Part shown: positions 10,623 through 22,933 of the stretch, piece after piece
Layout: each line of letters begins with the position of its first letter
How positions within the stretch are numbered: the first letter of the stretch is position 1
Source: Vitrella brassicaformis CCMP3155
Taxonomy: Eukaryota; Protista; Chromerida
Assembly: GCA_001179505.1 (NCBI GenBank)
Contig: CDMY01000227.1
Span: 1-64,000 of the forward strand
Length of the DNA: 64,000 bases
Direction: 5' to 3'
Program-made: the position numbers and the translations under genes
The notes under the pieces: model-generated
Told to the model about the DNA's origin: nothing
Seen by the model: only the letters and a program-made list of their open reading frames with translations
Database searches by the model: none

Positions 10623-13600
10623 ATGCCGATCTCTCTGCGCGTCGATGGCGACGACGGATCTACACCCTCTCAAGCATCACTCATCCTCCCCTTCGACGAC
10701 ATTAATGATGAGTCCCTGCCAGCCATCCTCTCCCACCTGGAGTCAAGTCATGCACACGACATCGCCGCATGGCGCGCACTGGCTCAGGAATGCTACACGC
10801 GAGGCCACCACGCCCTCTTCCTCGCCATCTTGCACAAGGCCATCGAGCGGCTGCCCAAGAAAGGCTCCGCCAACGCAGAGAACGAGAAGGCGTCCGCCGA
10901 GGCCGTCAGGGTGGCGTGCTGTCTGGCCGAGTACCACCTGCAGCGGGCACTCAGATGTGCGGTAAGCAGGGTGCGGGAGAAGGCCGTCCACCAGGCGTCC
11001 CACTGGATGAAGCACTCGGGGGACATGGAGCAGGCCGTCCAGAGCGAGCAGGCCAGGGCATCGTGGCGGCAGCAGCTGCGGCTGCTCGAGGGATACCGGG
11101 ATCTGCTCACGGCCATGCGAATCAGCGAGACCGATCCCAACAAGGCCAGCCGCGACAAAGGGCTGAATAAGACCAAAGTGGACGAGTACCTTAGCAAGGC
11201 CAGCCACGCCTTCGAGGACGTCAGGCGGGCGTGCGAGACCCAGATGGACAGCGGGGATGGTGGCCCACTCTCCCCCTCTCTCGACCGCCATCATGCCCGC
11301 GCCCTCCTCGGCTCTGCTGCATGCGATCTCGCCTCCAGGCGACCTGCCGACGCCCTCAAGAAGTACCAGACCGTCCTGCGCTTCTACCCCGTCTGCCCGC
11401 CCGCCGTGCGCTTCGGTCTCGGTGTGGCGGCCGCCCGTCTGAACCTGACCGATCTGGCGATGAAGGCCTTCCAGCGTGTGATAGAGCTGGAGCCCGGCAA
11501 CACTGACGCGCTGGTGGCTTTGGCCATCCTGCAGCGTGACAAGTCGCCCCACAAGTCGGTCATGTCACAGGCGGAGTGCCTCGTCAAGGCGCTGGTGCTC
11601 GAGGCTGAGAACGAGGGCAGCAGCAGCAGCAGCAGCAGGGAAAGGTGTGACGGTGGCGGGAGTGTGCGGCCGCTGCTCTATGTGCTGTGGGCGGACCACT
11701 GCTACCTGGGTGGCGAGATGGAGACCAGCAGCAGGTTCTTGGGCGAGGTCTACAAAATGGTCGGTGCAGGGGGCGGGGGGCTGGTCTCCAAGGCTATCAT
11801 CAACGACGCCAAGTCAGTACTCCGGCAACACACACACACACACATTTTCACCCATTCACTCATTTCTCTGTCCATCTGCCTTTGTCTGTCGAGCAGTTAT
11901 CAGCGGGCCCGGCTGTTCCACGAGGCCGGCCAGTTCAAAGAGGCGGTTCAGGCGTACGAGGCCCTCCTCGGCGCGCAGAGCACGGCCAGCTCCCACTCGA
12001 CCGCCCCATCCGTCTCTTTCACCGCCCCCACCAGCCCCCTGACTCTCCCCGCCCTCCTGGCACTCACGCGAGCCTACCTGGCGACACGGCAGGCGTCGAA
12101 GGCCCAGCGCGCCCTTGACGAGTTCCGCGAGCGGCATAAGGCCATGCGCGTTAGTGCCAAGCGTGATGGGGGGCAAGGGGGGCTGGCCTACGTGGACAAG
12201 AGCATCGTGCTTGAGGAGAAGAAGCTGCGTGGGTGTGTTGGGGAGAGGTTGCCGCGTCACGAGTGGACGGTGGGCCGGGGGGAGCTGGTGGGCGAGATGG
12301 AGGTGCTGACTGAGCAGGAGCCTGACGACGCTGAGGCCTGGCTTATGCTGGTATGTATGGATGGTCGCTACAAATATACATACCCACACACGCATTCCAT
12401 TTGCACCCGTGTCGACAGACATGATGTGTGTGTGTGTGTGTGTGTGTCCATGGATCGGATCGATCAAACAGGCGAATCTCTACCAAGACCTGCTGGTGTC
12501 GCACGACCCCTCAACCACTCTCCCATCCGCCATCAAGACAGCGCGCCCCCGGTCCCCCCTGCCCTCCCCCCTGATGCCACACACGCCCTCCCCTACCACC
12601 TCGCTCTCTCTCGCCAAGTCGGCGCTCACCGCATACGAGAAACATCAGAGCGCCGTTGACCGCCTCAACCAGCAGATGGCGGCCAAGTGGGGTGCTGGTG
12701 CTCAGGGTGCTCAGGGTGCTCAGGGTGCTCAGGGTGGTGGTCTGGAGGTCGCTCCTGAGGTGTGGAACAACGTGGGGGTCTTGCGCTTTGCCACTGGCGA
12801 CTTTGAGGGGGCGAGGGACGCGCTACGTGAGGCGGAGGGCGTGCTCAAGAAGAAAAGGGCTGACGGGTTCGACTCTATTGAGCAGGAGACCAGGATCAAA
12901 TCGGCGCTGGTACCGTCAGACACACATATATCGAGACAGACAGGCAGAGGAGGGCAGAGAGAGAGAGGGGGGGCAGAGAGGTGCATGGGATGGAGGGAAT
13001 GTTGTGTATGTTTGGGGTCAGGTGACGGTTCGGTACAATCTCGGCCGCACCTTTGAGGCGTTGGGCAGCCCCGGTGAGGCGCAGAAGTACTACAAAGAGG
13101 TCAACGACGGTGACGGCAAGAAGAGAGACGGCACGTGGGCCTACCCCGGCTACCCGCACTACGTCGACGCACTGCTCAGACGATCGCACATGGCACTCAT
13201 ACGCGTGAGTAAGAGGCAGTCATGTCAGTCAGCAAGGGAGGGAGGGAGGGAGGGAGGAGGGATAAGCGGAGCTGGACTGAATGTGTCTTGCTTTTCATTC
13301 GCCGCAGGGCGATCTGACGCTGGCCAAGAGCCAGGCGGACAAGGCCGTCAAGAACACTGCCCTCGACACAGGAACCGACGCCGTCCTCCAATACGTACGC
13401 ACGCCATTCCCAACCAACACACCAGAACCACACCACCCACCCCTCACCTCTCTGTCCTCTTCCCAAACCACCCCCTCAGGCCCGCATTCTGTGCAAGCAA
13501 GGTCGTCTGAGCGAGGCCAAGAAGGAGGTGGAGAAGCTGCGGGACCAGCTGAGGCACCATGAGGACGACGAGCGGGCTGGCAAGGCCGGTGGAAAGAAGG

Positions 13601-16600
13601 GCGACAGTCTGAGTGGCAGCAGGGGTGGGGAGGGGGAGGCCTACCTCTACTGCTTCCTGGGGCAGCTCAACTACGAGCTGGCCGTCAAAAGGAGGAGGGA
13701 AAAGGAATTCAGGTCCGTGTGCCCCGGGGGGTGGGTGGGTCTCATGGGTGTGCTGTCTCATGGGGGGTGATCTGTTCTGTGACTCTCGCTTCCACAGGGA
13801 TTATCGTTGGCACATGGACGAGTCGCGGCGTCAGTACGAGATGGCCCTCGAGTACGACCCGCAGAACCTCCACGCCACCATGGGGCTGGCCTGCCACTGG
13901 GGCGAAGTCAACTACGTCAAACAGGTGGGTGGACCAACCCTATGATAGCACTATCACGCCGTCCATCACTCATACCACCCACCATCATTATCACCATTCC
14001 GTGCAAATGCAGGCAAAGGAGCTGCTGCAAGTCTTCCAAGAGTCATCCCTCCCCACCCTCCCCCCGACAAGTGACTCGACCACCACCACCGTCACCAGCA
14101 TCCACACAGGCCACCAGTGGCCGTCCGGCCACGCCCTCACCCCCGCTGACCAGGAGGACTTCGCGCTCAACGTCAACCTGGGGCACCTGCACGCCGCCCT
14201 CTGCTGGCACTCGGCAGAGAAGAGGGACAGGGAGTTCTTCAGGAAGATTGGCAAAGCCAAGCTCAGCGACGAGGAGCGGAGCAAGCAGGGGGCGGAGCGG
14301 TCGCACATGAGGCAGAACGCCGACAGGAACACCTACATGACGGTGAGTGAGAATGGGGAGACAGACGGAGGGGGGTGGGGTGAACTTGACACGTCTGTGT
14401 GTTCGTGTGTGTGTGTGTGGTCAGGCCAAGAATCACTATGAGAAGGCGCTGAGGCGGTGTCCGAATGACGTGAGGATCTACCAGTGGCTGGCAAGACTTC
14501 ACTTCGAGATGCATGTAATGAGAAAATACACACGCGCGCGCGCCTGGGCGGGTGGACACACACGCACACGCACCGGTCTTGCTGTGTACGGTCAGTATTT
14601 CGACGAGGCCGTGTCGGTGCTCAAGAAGGCCCTCACCATCTGGCCATGGGACGCCTCTCTCAGATACAACCTCGTAGCCACACACCACACCCACAACCGA
14701 CCAACACCCACCCACACATCCACGCCTCCCCTTTCCCCTCTCTCAGTGTCTGGCCCAGTCCGAATCCATCCCGCTCAATATTGTGGACATCAACAAGCAC
14801 TCCAACGTCGCCCTCCTGGACCGTCTCATCGCCGAGGCCCGACACGCCGAGGCGACGTTCAAGTCACTGTCGACCATGAAGCAGAGGCAGCGCGACGAGA
14901 GGCGAGAGCTGATGGAGCTGAAGGCGAGGCTCAACGCCACTCGCGGAGAGGGCGGGGACGCCACACACATCGAGAGGAGGATTGCTGACATCACTGCTCG
15001 AAGTAGGAAGGAACAGAGAGGGCTCGGGTGGATGCGAGTGGATGGGAGTGGTGTGGTGTGGATGTGCGTGGGTGTGGGTCAGAGTATCCGGTCGGTCTGG
15101 ACAGCATCAGCAGCATTTCGGACCTCGACAGCAAGGTCAGAGGGGCCAGGCACGCCGTCGACTCGCTCAACAGTAAGGGCATGAGCTCCCCCCTCCCCCC
15201 CATCTACCCACTCTGACTGACGCACACTTACATTTCTCTCACGCCTACATACCCCTCCGACTATTTCTATGTTTCTGAGCAGTCATGCGGCCGGACACCG
15301 TCCAAAGGGCCAAAAAGGTAAGGCGATCGGGCGGGCGGGGGAGGGCAGCGACCGCACCCACAGAACACCGACGTCTCGCCATTCTCTCTGTGGTGTGTGT
15401 GTGTGTGTGTGCCTTCAGGCGGCCGAGGAGGCGCGCCAGACGGCGGCCGACAGACGAAGACGACAGGCAGAGATAGACCGGCGGGCGAAGCTGGAGGAGA
15501 GGGTACGCACACCGCACAATCCGGGCATCCGTGGAGGGTGTGGATGGATGAATGAATGAATGGATGAACCTATCAGAGAAAGCAGCAGGAGCTTGAGGCC
15601 GACACCATCGAGGCCCAGCGGCTGCAGCGGGAGATGATCGCCGAAGCCTGGGAAACTAAGGCACCCAAGTCAGTGAGCGATGGACGGGTGACAGACAGAG
15701 AGACCCCACTGCCAAGCCAAGCGATGCCCGCCCGTTCCAATGCCATATCTGTCTGTGCCTCTTTTTCTCTCCCATCGTTCAGGAAGCGTCAGCGTGCAGA
15801 GGAGGAAGAGCAAGAGGAGGAACAACAGCTGCCAGGTGGGTCAGTCCCTCAACCCACGTCCCCCTGACCCACACACATTCGTATGTCCCCTGTTCACTCA
15901 CACGCACACCACACAGGTGCCAACGAGGAGGAGGGTGAGGGCGGTGTGGTGCGTGCTGAGGAGGAGGGCGCCAAGCCGCGCAAGAAGAAGAGGCGCCGCA
16001 AGGACAAGGACAAGGGTGAAAAGGGCGAGGGCGAGGAGAAGGCCAAGAAGAAAAAGACACGAAGGAAGAAACGAAAGGACAAGACTCAGGCCGGAGAGGT
16101 GAGTGACCAGCGTACGTGGCCTGCCTGCAGTATGTATGTATGTGTGTGACATTCCATCCATATGTCCATCCATGTATCTATCGATCCACCCTTCAGGAGG
16201 GCGAGGAGCCGCCGAAGAAGAAACGCCGCAAGAAGCGCAAAAAGAAGGTCGAGAGCGAGGAGGACGAGATCCCTGACGAGCCACCAGAAGAGCTAGAGCC
16301 GCCACAGGAGCTGGAGCAAGAGCAGGAGCAAGAGCGAGAGCAGCAGGATGAGCCCGAGCAGCGCGGTGATGAGGATGAGGCGGCCGACGAGGCAGACGCC
16401 CCACCAGACCCAGAGGAACACGACCAAGATAACGACAACCAAGGTGCGGAGCGGGCAGCTTGGCTTCCAATGCACTGTATGTGGGTCTCTCATACAAACA
16501 TGGTGTCTGTCTGTCTGTCTGTCGGTTTTGTGTGTGTGTGGCTGGGTGTGGTGTGTGGCTGCAGGTGATGGTGAGGGTGGCGGCGAGGAGCAGACGGCTC

Positions 16601-16620
16601 AGATGGATGCGGACGAGTAA
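10623..16620 (+). CDS. CTR9: PAF1 complex TPR subunit CTR9 homolog
   Basis: CTR9-typical segments: AAWRALAQECY, ALLGSAACDL...KYQTVLRFYPVCPPAVRFGLG, PEVWNNVGVLRF, VTVRYNLGRTFEAL and YPHYVDALLR. Long acidic, lysine-rich C-terminal tail ending QMDADE*. Confidence 0.9.
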
Positions 16621-16852
16621 TTAGTGTGCGTGTGATTTGTGTTTTTTCCGCCGTTTATAGGGAGTTGAGATCGATCGATTGATTGAGAGAGCGCTGCATG
16701 AATCGCCTTGTCTGTCATTCACCTTACTCCTTCTACGTGCGCGGCTCATGAGCACTACAAATTTGTACCAATCGCTAGCTACGAAGAACCATGCACACGA
16801 CACCACTCAACTCGCTACGCCCAAAACGTTTTCCTCGCCACGCCGCGCGTCA

Positions 16853-19800
16853 CTACTTGCCCTTCTTCGCTGCAGCAGCGTCCCGCATCATCAGCTGGCC
16901 TGACCCACTGCCTCTCCTCACTCGTCCGGTCGCCCCTTCAGGGTCTGCCTTGTCCAGAAAGGCCACCAGCCGCTCCTTCACCACCTTCATGTCACTCCAA
17001 AGATCCTCCAGAAACTCCTCCTTGATCGTGGTGAGCTCCGAGTGGCCCTCGGCAAAGCTGCGCTGGAGAGCTGGAGACAAAAAGGGGGAGAGAGGGAGAT
17101 CGGTGGGGTGGAGGGAGAGACATACACGTGTGTGTGTGTGCCCTTCCTCACTGGCCATGACATCGGGTATTCCTGCTGATCGTGACTCGACTGCAGCGCT
17201 CCATGTGGCCAGCTTCTCTGACCAGGGGAACTCATCCGCATCAAGGTTGGCGTACAGACCCTGACACATTTCCGTGTCTGTCTTTCCGTCTCTGATGTGT
17301 TTGTTGTGTCTCATTTTCCTACACGCTGCTTGTTGGTGCTGGCGATGTCCTGCAAACAAAAACGCACAAAGAGACTTCACAAATGACAAAAGGCCTGCTC
17401 CCCTACCGCTTTCAGTTGCTCCTGGGTCTGTCTGAGGATCATGCGGGCCCGACAAAGGGGATGACGGCCGCTGAGAGGTCATGTAGCACGATGAGATGGT
17501 AGAGCATGACGAGCATCCAGCAGGGCATCCAGAAGACGCAGTACAGGAAGCTATACAGCATGCAGAAGAGCTGGGAGGAGACGTTGAGGGACTCTGTCTC
17601 GGTGTTGTGCCACACGCGGGGCGAAGAGGTACTAGCAGCACCAGGCCTGACCATTCAGAGCCGGGCAGGGAGGGCACATGTTCATTGTGTTGGTGGATGA
17701 TGTTTCTCCGTGTCGCAACTCACCGATGATATTGAAGGGTGGCGGAAGGCGCTCTCTTCGGCTCATCTTGACGTACTAATGCATTGAGGACCTTGATGCG
17801 CAGCATCTGGTATTGCGCATCGCTGGTCGTCTCAATGGTCGCATAGGTGGAAGACATGATGGCAATCAAAAGATTCACCTGCACACACGGACACAGAGAC
17901 ATTTCTCGTCAATGAAGTGTGTTTGCTCGATTGCATCCTGACCAGTATGATGCCCAACAGGATCACGAAGACGATGATCAGTGTGGCCATGAGGGCATTC
18001 TGGGACCAGCTGGACGCCCAACTCACTGTCACCCAGCTCGATGCCCTGCTGACAAGTGCTACAGGGCCACAATACCTGCGTGTCAAACCGGTTCACGTGC
18101 CGCAACTGACTCAATGCCCGTATGTCAATGACTGTCACTAACGTCCAGTCAATAGGCACATGCATGTGTATGTATGCGTACACTTACATTTGACACACAA
18201 ACATCGATCTATTTGTCACCTGTTTGATGCTTGTTCAACCTCGGCTCTCGTGACTGTTCGCTTGTTTGCACACCATGAGACAAACAAACAGACACAGCGC
18301 CCTCTATGGCATGATCGCAAATCTCGACCGGAGTGTCGCAAGCATGGTAAGCGTATATATGACATGACAGTCAGGAAGAGAGACAGAGGGAGAGACCCGA
18401 CGAGACACGCGCAACCAGAGACAGACATGACACCCAGACAACCTGTTCGCCGTCAGGTGAGTCAGTCGGCGACGGGTGACCCGTGCAACGACCTCAACTC
18501 TGTCTGTGTGTCTGAGAGTGTGCCAGCCCCTTCGAATGCTGATGTGGTATGCACAGGCAGAGAGGACGAGAGACAGGCATACAGAGAGACACAGACAAAC
18601 AGACAGACAGAGACACAGACAGACACCTTGTCTGCCAGCATATGGAGGCCACTGGGACCACCGATCTACTCCCGACCAAACGCCCACCGCCCAGCGATCG
18701 CCCCGTCCGCACCAAGCACGTCAAAGGTGCAGACCGTGCCGGTATCTCTGTCCGCCTGTCTGCCTGCCAGCGAGGTTGCCTGTTTGTCTCTCTCACTGTC
18801 TCTCTCTCTGTCTGTGTGTCTGTGTGTGGGTCTGTCTGTCTGTCTGTGTGTAGTTGATCTGACTGTCAGTGACGAGTTGAGCCAGATGACCCATGTGCAG
18901 CGTGTGCAGGCGGTCTTCCCCAAGTCGACTGACAAAGATGTCAGCAATCCCACCCCCACCAACAGGTTTGCACTTGTCTGTTGTCCCTGCCTGCAGGTAT
19001 TGGCGGCGTTGCGGACGAATCACAATGACGTCCATGCCACAATCGACTACAGGCTCAAAATCAGTACGGACGTGAAACACACAGAGGGGCTCACAGCTGC
19101 ACTTGACTTCACACAGAAGCCCCGGGCGCCACCCAGTCCAGTCGCACGACCCGCAGCGACCTCTGTTTTTGCATGCTCGACGGCCTGTTCTGCCTGCATG
19201 GGTGGGAATGGGGGTGGGTGGGACTCGTTCAGCGATGTTTGAAGGACTGACAGTGTGTGCATTAATCCAATTTAAGGCTTTATAGGAGTCACAACGTGTG
19301 CGCCTCTTGGTCAAGTGTCTAGCTGGTATACACACATGGCATGCAAGGGTCAGATGCACACACAGCAAGACACGACCTACTTCATTCTGACCTACTGTAG
19401 GTCATTTTCCAGCGCATTGTCGAGCGGATCCTTGAAGTCGCCAAGTCCGGCGTAGAACAGAGTGAGGATGGCCCTTTCAAAGGTGCCAAAGTGGTCGTGG
19501 TCGTATGAGAGTGACATGAAGGCCGCCGCAAAGGACATCAGAATGAACAGGTAGATGACGATGAACTTGCTGACAGGAGGATGACACAGCCAAAGGAGAA
19601 ATGCACATTCCTTCACTCTATGTCAACTTGCCTGATGTCCGATTGGAGCATCTTGATGGTGGCCCTGAGAGTGGAAAGGAACCAAGACACAGGATTGAAG
19701 CCCTCTCTTTGTCCATGGCCTGTGTTGCTTGCTTACAGGATGAGAGGCCCCACTTCCCGATGCGGAGTGCTTTTCATTGGAACGCACGATTGCCAGCTCA

Positions 19801-20634
19801 ACGGGCGTCAATCCGTGCTGACAGAAAGGGAGGCTTCGAGTGTGTTGGCTTGTCACGCTGACCTTGTTCTTGATATCCAGCTGTTCGAGTCCGCCCACGT
19901 CGATGATTCTGTCCGACACGGACAAGGTGTTGGCCAATACGGACATGTGCAACAAGATGTTGCCGTCCTGCAGCACCACACAGACATCGCACAAAGTGAG
20001 TTCCCTTCACACCCGCACAGACAACAAGCCACGTGTGTTACCTTGTTGGACACTTGGAGGGCATCTGATCGTGCCGCAGAGATGAGCTTCAGAGATATCA
20101 GGTTGAAGTTGCACATGTGCAGGGGGGTATTTTGGTCCTGATCACCACACACCACCCAGATGTGTTGTCTTGGCAGAGATCATACAGATGTTCCAGGCAA
20201 CAGGTTGCTCACAGTGTTGCGATGTGAGAGGGCCTCTCGCCAAATGGGGCACTCGGACAACAGCGGCAGAATGGGCTCCAGCAACCCAGCCTTGGCGAGC
20301 AGGTGCAGCGCATTGCACTTGTCCTGAACACAGGGAGGAAAAAAGACGGCGAGAAGTGACCTCCATCAGTGGGCCAGTGTTCGTCAATTGCCTTGTCAAG
20401 TGTTTCCTCGGGGGAGAAAGAGGTGAGATACGTCCTGAGCATCGTCGAGTCCCCCTGACGGGCTGCACAGCCACACAGACAGGGCGAGGCCTTATCTGCC
20501 GCAAATGTCCTGACCTGCCGCCACGATGCGTTCCGAAGGCGAGACCGTGGCACTTCCGGACGGTGTCCGGGGCGCCGTGACAGGAGACCCCGTGCCTGCC
20601 TCCTTGCCTCCAGCAGATCCATGCACACCGACAT
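16853..20634 (-). pseudogene. Ankyrin-repeat TRP-like channel lacking S1-S4 (internally deleted, or pore-only ORF); 5' end uncertain
   Basis: Ankyrin exons DKCNALHLL, DQNTPLHMC, DGNILLHMSV and HGLTPVELAI. S4-S5 linker/S5 GPLILATIKMLQSDISKFIVIYLFILMSF; pore FGTFERAILTLFYAGLGDF; S6 LIIVFVILLGIILVNLLIAIMSSTY. There is a frame break between the ankyrin and linker sequence at ~19790-19760. Confidence 0.8.
18642..19242 (+). CDS. CUE/UBA-like domain protein, nested antisense in a TRP-gene intron
   Basis: Three phase-consistent exons give MEATGTTDLLPTKRPPPSDRPVRTKHVK-VDLTVSDELSQMTHVQRVQAVFPKSTDKD-VLAALRTNHNDVHATIDYRL. The CUE-like pattern is FP...VL..L...NDV.ATID. Confidence 0.65.
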
Positions 20635-20951
20635 CTACCTTGAAGCCCCTCCGTCTTGGGGCATCCTCCAGAGAGAATTCAGAACAATTGCGATGACGGC
20701 AAGAAGAGCGCGACGGGCGCTGACCTCTTCGCGGTCTCCTTGGTCGCTCAACAGGGGCAAGGTGCCCGAATCCAACTGAGATTGCGATACCTTCATCTTG
20801 CGGCAACCCCCAATACGAGACGCCCCCAGATCAGCCCCCAGATTCTCCTGGCCGAAGCGAGATCAAAAACGGGTTTCGCCGCTTTCGGGTTGTTGAAAGT
20901 TCGATACCGCTGATTTGAGCACCGTTTCCCTTCGCATTCGTGTTGTTGCCG

Positions 20952-21650
20952 ATGTCGACCGAAGCCGCTGCCGCTGCCGCCCCGGCCACCTACCAAATGC
21001 CTGCAGGATACGCCGCTGCGTCTACCAGTAAGCCACACATGGAGGCAGGGGAGGGCAGGGGAGCGAGGAAGGGGGGGATGGGTGCACCAGATCTGACGGT
21101 AAAAGGCGGGGAGGGGTGGCGGATGGACGGGGAAACACTGATGTGGCTGTGAGGCGTGGATCTATGCGTTTTTGCGGTTGTTTTTGTGTGTGGTTGGTCA
21201 GGTGTTGATCCCGCGGCTGCCTACTACGCCCAGATGGGTGCCTACCCGGCTGCGTCCTACGGATATGGCGCTCCTCCCGCGGCGGGCACCACCGGCACCG
21301 CAGGTCAGGCTTTGTACCCGCCCTGTAAGCCACGTCACACCCCATCCCATCCCACACCATTCCATACCACACCATACCGCACCCCACCACACCATCACCA
21401 CCACCGCACCACGCCGCCGCACCATCACCGCATCCGCCCAACACATCTGTGTGTGTGTGTTGTGTGATGTGGTGCAGCCACGACGACGTTCACCCCGTAC
21501 CCGTACCAGGCTGGCGGCTACCAGGCGGGCGCCTACCAGGCGGGCGGCTACCAGACGGGCGCCTACCCCCAGTATGACCCCGCCACCGGCACCTACGTGT
21601 ACCCCGGCGCACCGGGCAAGAAGAACTTCAAGAAGAAATCCTGCTGCTGA
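20952..21650 (+). CDS. Small Tyr/Ala/Gly/Pro-rich protein with C-terminal polybasic-CC motif
   Basis: Three exons: MSTEAAAAAAPATYQMPAGY..., VDPAAAYYAQMGAYPAASYGY..., and ...YQAGGYQAGAYQAGGYQTGAYPQYDPATGTYVYPGAPGKKNFKKKSCC*. Confidence 0.8.
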
Positions 21651-21960
21651 ACACACACGGCAGCCCATGATACGGGGGATGGGGGGAGGGGGAGTGGCCG
21701 TGTGTGGTGTGGATGGAGGGGTGGGGGTAGCAGGCAGGATGCGTGTGTGCGATGTGAGTGAGGCAGCGGCGTGGATGGTGTGCATTGCATTGCATTGGAT
21801 GGTGTGGACGGACGGATGGATGCATGTGTCGAAGGTAGGGTAGCCTCGGGCAGGGATGCGGGTCATATACACACACACACGATACGCCACGCCACCGGTT
21901 TTACTCTTTCCTTTCTCCGCAAACACAACACACCACAGCACCCCACCCCACCCCCTGTTC

Positions 21961-22375
21961 GTGTGTGCATTGCATGGCTTTGGCTGAGCGAGCGAGATAC
22001 ACACACACACACACATTAGCGCACCCATGTGCACATTAGCCCGCGCACACACAGACAGACAGAGAGGAGATGACATACAGACAGCAAACAGACAGACAGA
22101 CAGACAGACAGCCAAGTGGGAGCTGCATGCCGCAGCGAGAGAGAGAGCCCGCCTCTCTCTGAGAACAGACCGACGTAGATACGATACCCACGAATGGCTG
22201 TGTGGATTCTCATAGCTACGCATCGCTGCCTCGTGTTTTGTTGTCCGAGCTGCTGCTGTGTGCGTGTGTGTCGTGTGTGTCTGTGATGAGCAGATGCGCC
22301 TCACACACACGCACACGACACGCGCTGACGGACAAGAGAACACGTCCGATGCAGATCAGATCTGCTCAGATAGAG
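21961..22375 (+). repeat. Interspersed non-coding element, copy 2
   Basis: Same orientation and block order as 5857-6300, differing by microsatellite-length indels. Confidence 0.85.
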
Positions 22376-22933
22376 GCGAGAAACGCCTGCCTGCCTGCCT
22401 GCCTGCCGTTGATTGATGAGACACTTTCATGCAACTGATGCGTGTGTGTGGGTGTTGATACGTGGCTGGCCGGTGGTGGGTGTGAGTGTCTGTCTGCATG
22501 GTATGTACCGATGGTCGATGGATGGATGGGTGGACAAACCGATGATTTGAAAGAGCTGTCGGACGGCATGTTTTTCTCTCTGAAGCACAACACATGCACA
22601 CGGAATGCTCTCCTTCCATTTCATCACCGGTCCTTTCAATGTCCGCACCCAGCAAGTCTTGCATTCAGACAAGAAAGCAGAGCAAGGAGAAAAAGAAGAG
22701 TCACCGCGTCAGTCACACCACACACACCACACCACACGACCGACAGACCAGCAGGCAGACGAAATCGTATCCGCTAGACCAAAAAGACACGCTACAAGCT
22801 GTCTTATCTGAGGACTTGTGCAGCAAGTACCTGGCTTCTTACCACAGAACACTCTCCTGGACTGCATCAACAAACGAAGGAAGGAATGACTGTCGTCTTT
22901 GGGTGTGTGCATCTAGCGATGGATGTGTCTTGT

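Noticed and set aside
12697-12732. (GGTGCTCAG)4 repeat in CTR9
   Set aside because: An ordinary in-frame low-complexity GAQ expansion.
22594-22900. Possible small plus-strand gene
   Set aside because: I could not build a consistent exon chain, and the long ORF is largely antisense to the acidic-tail gene.
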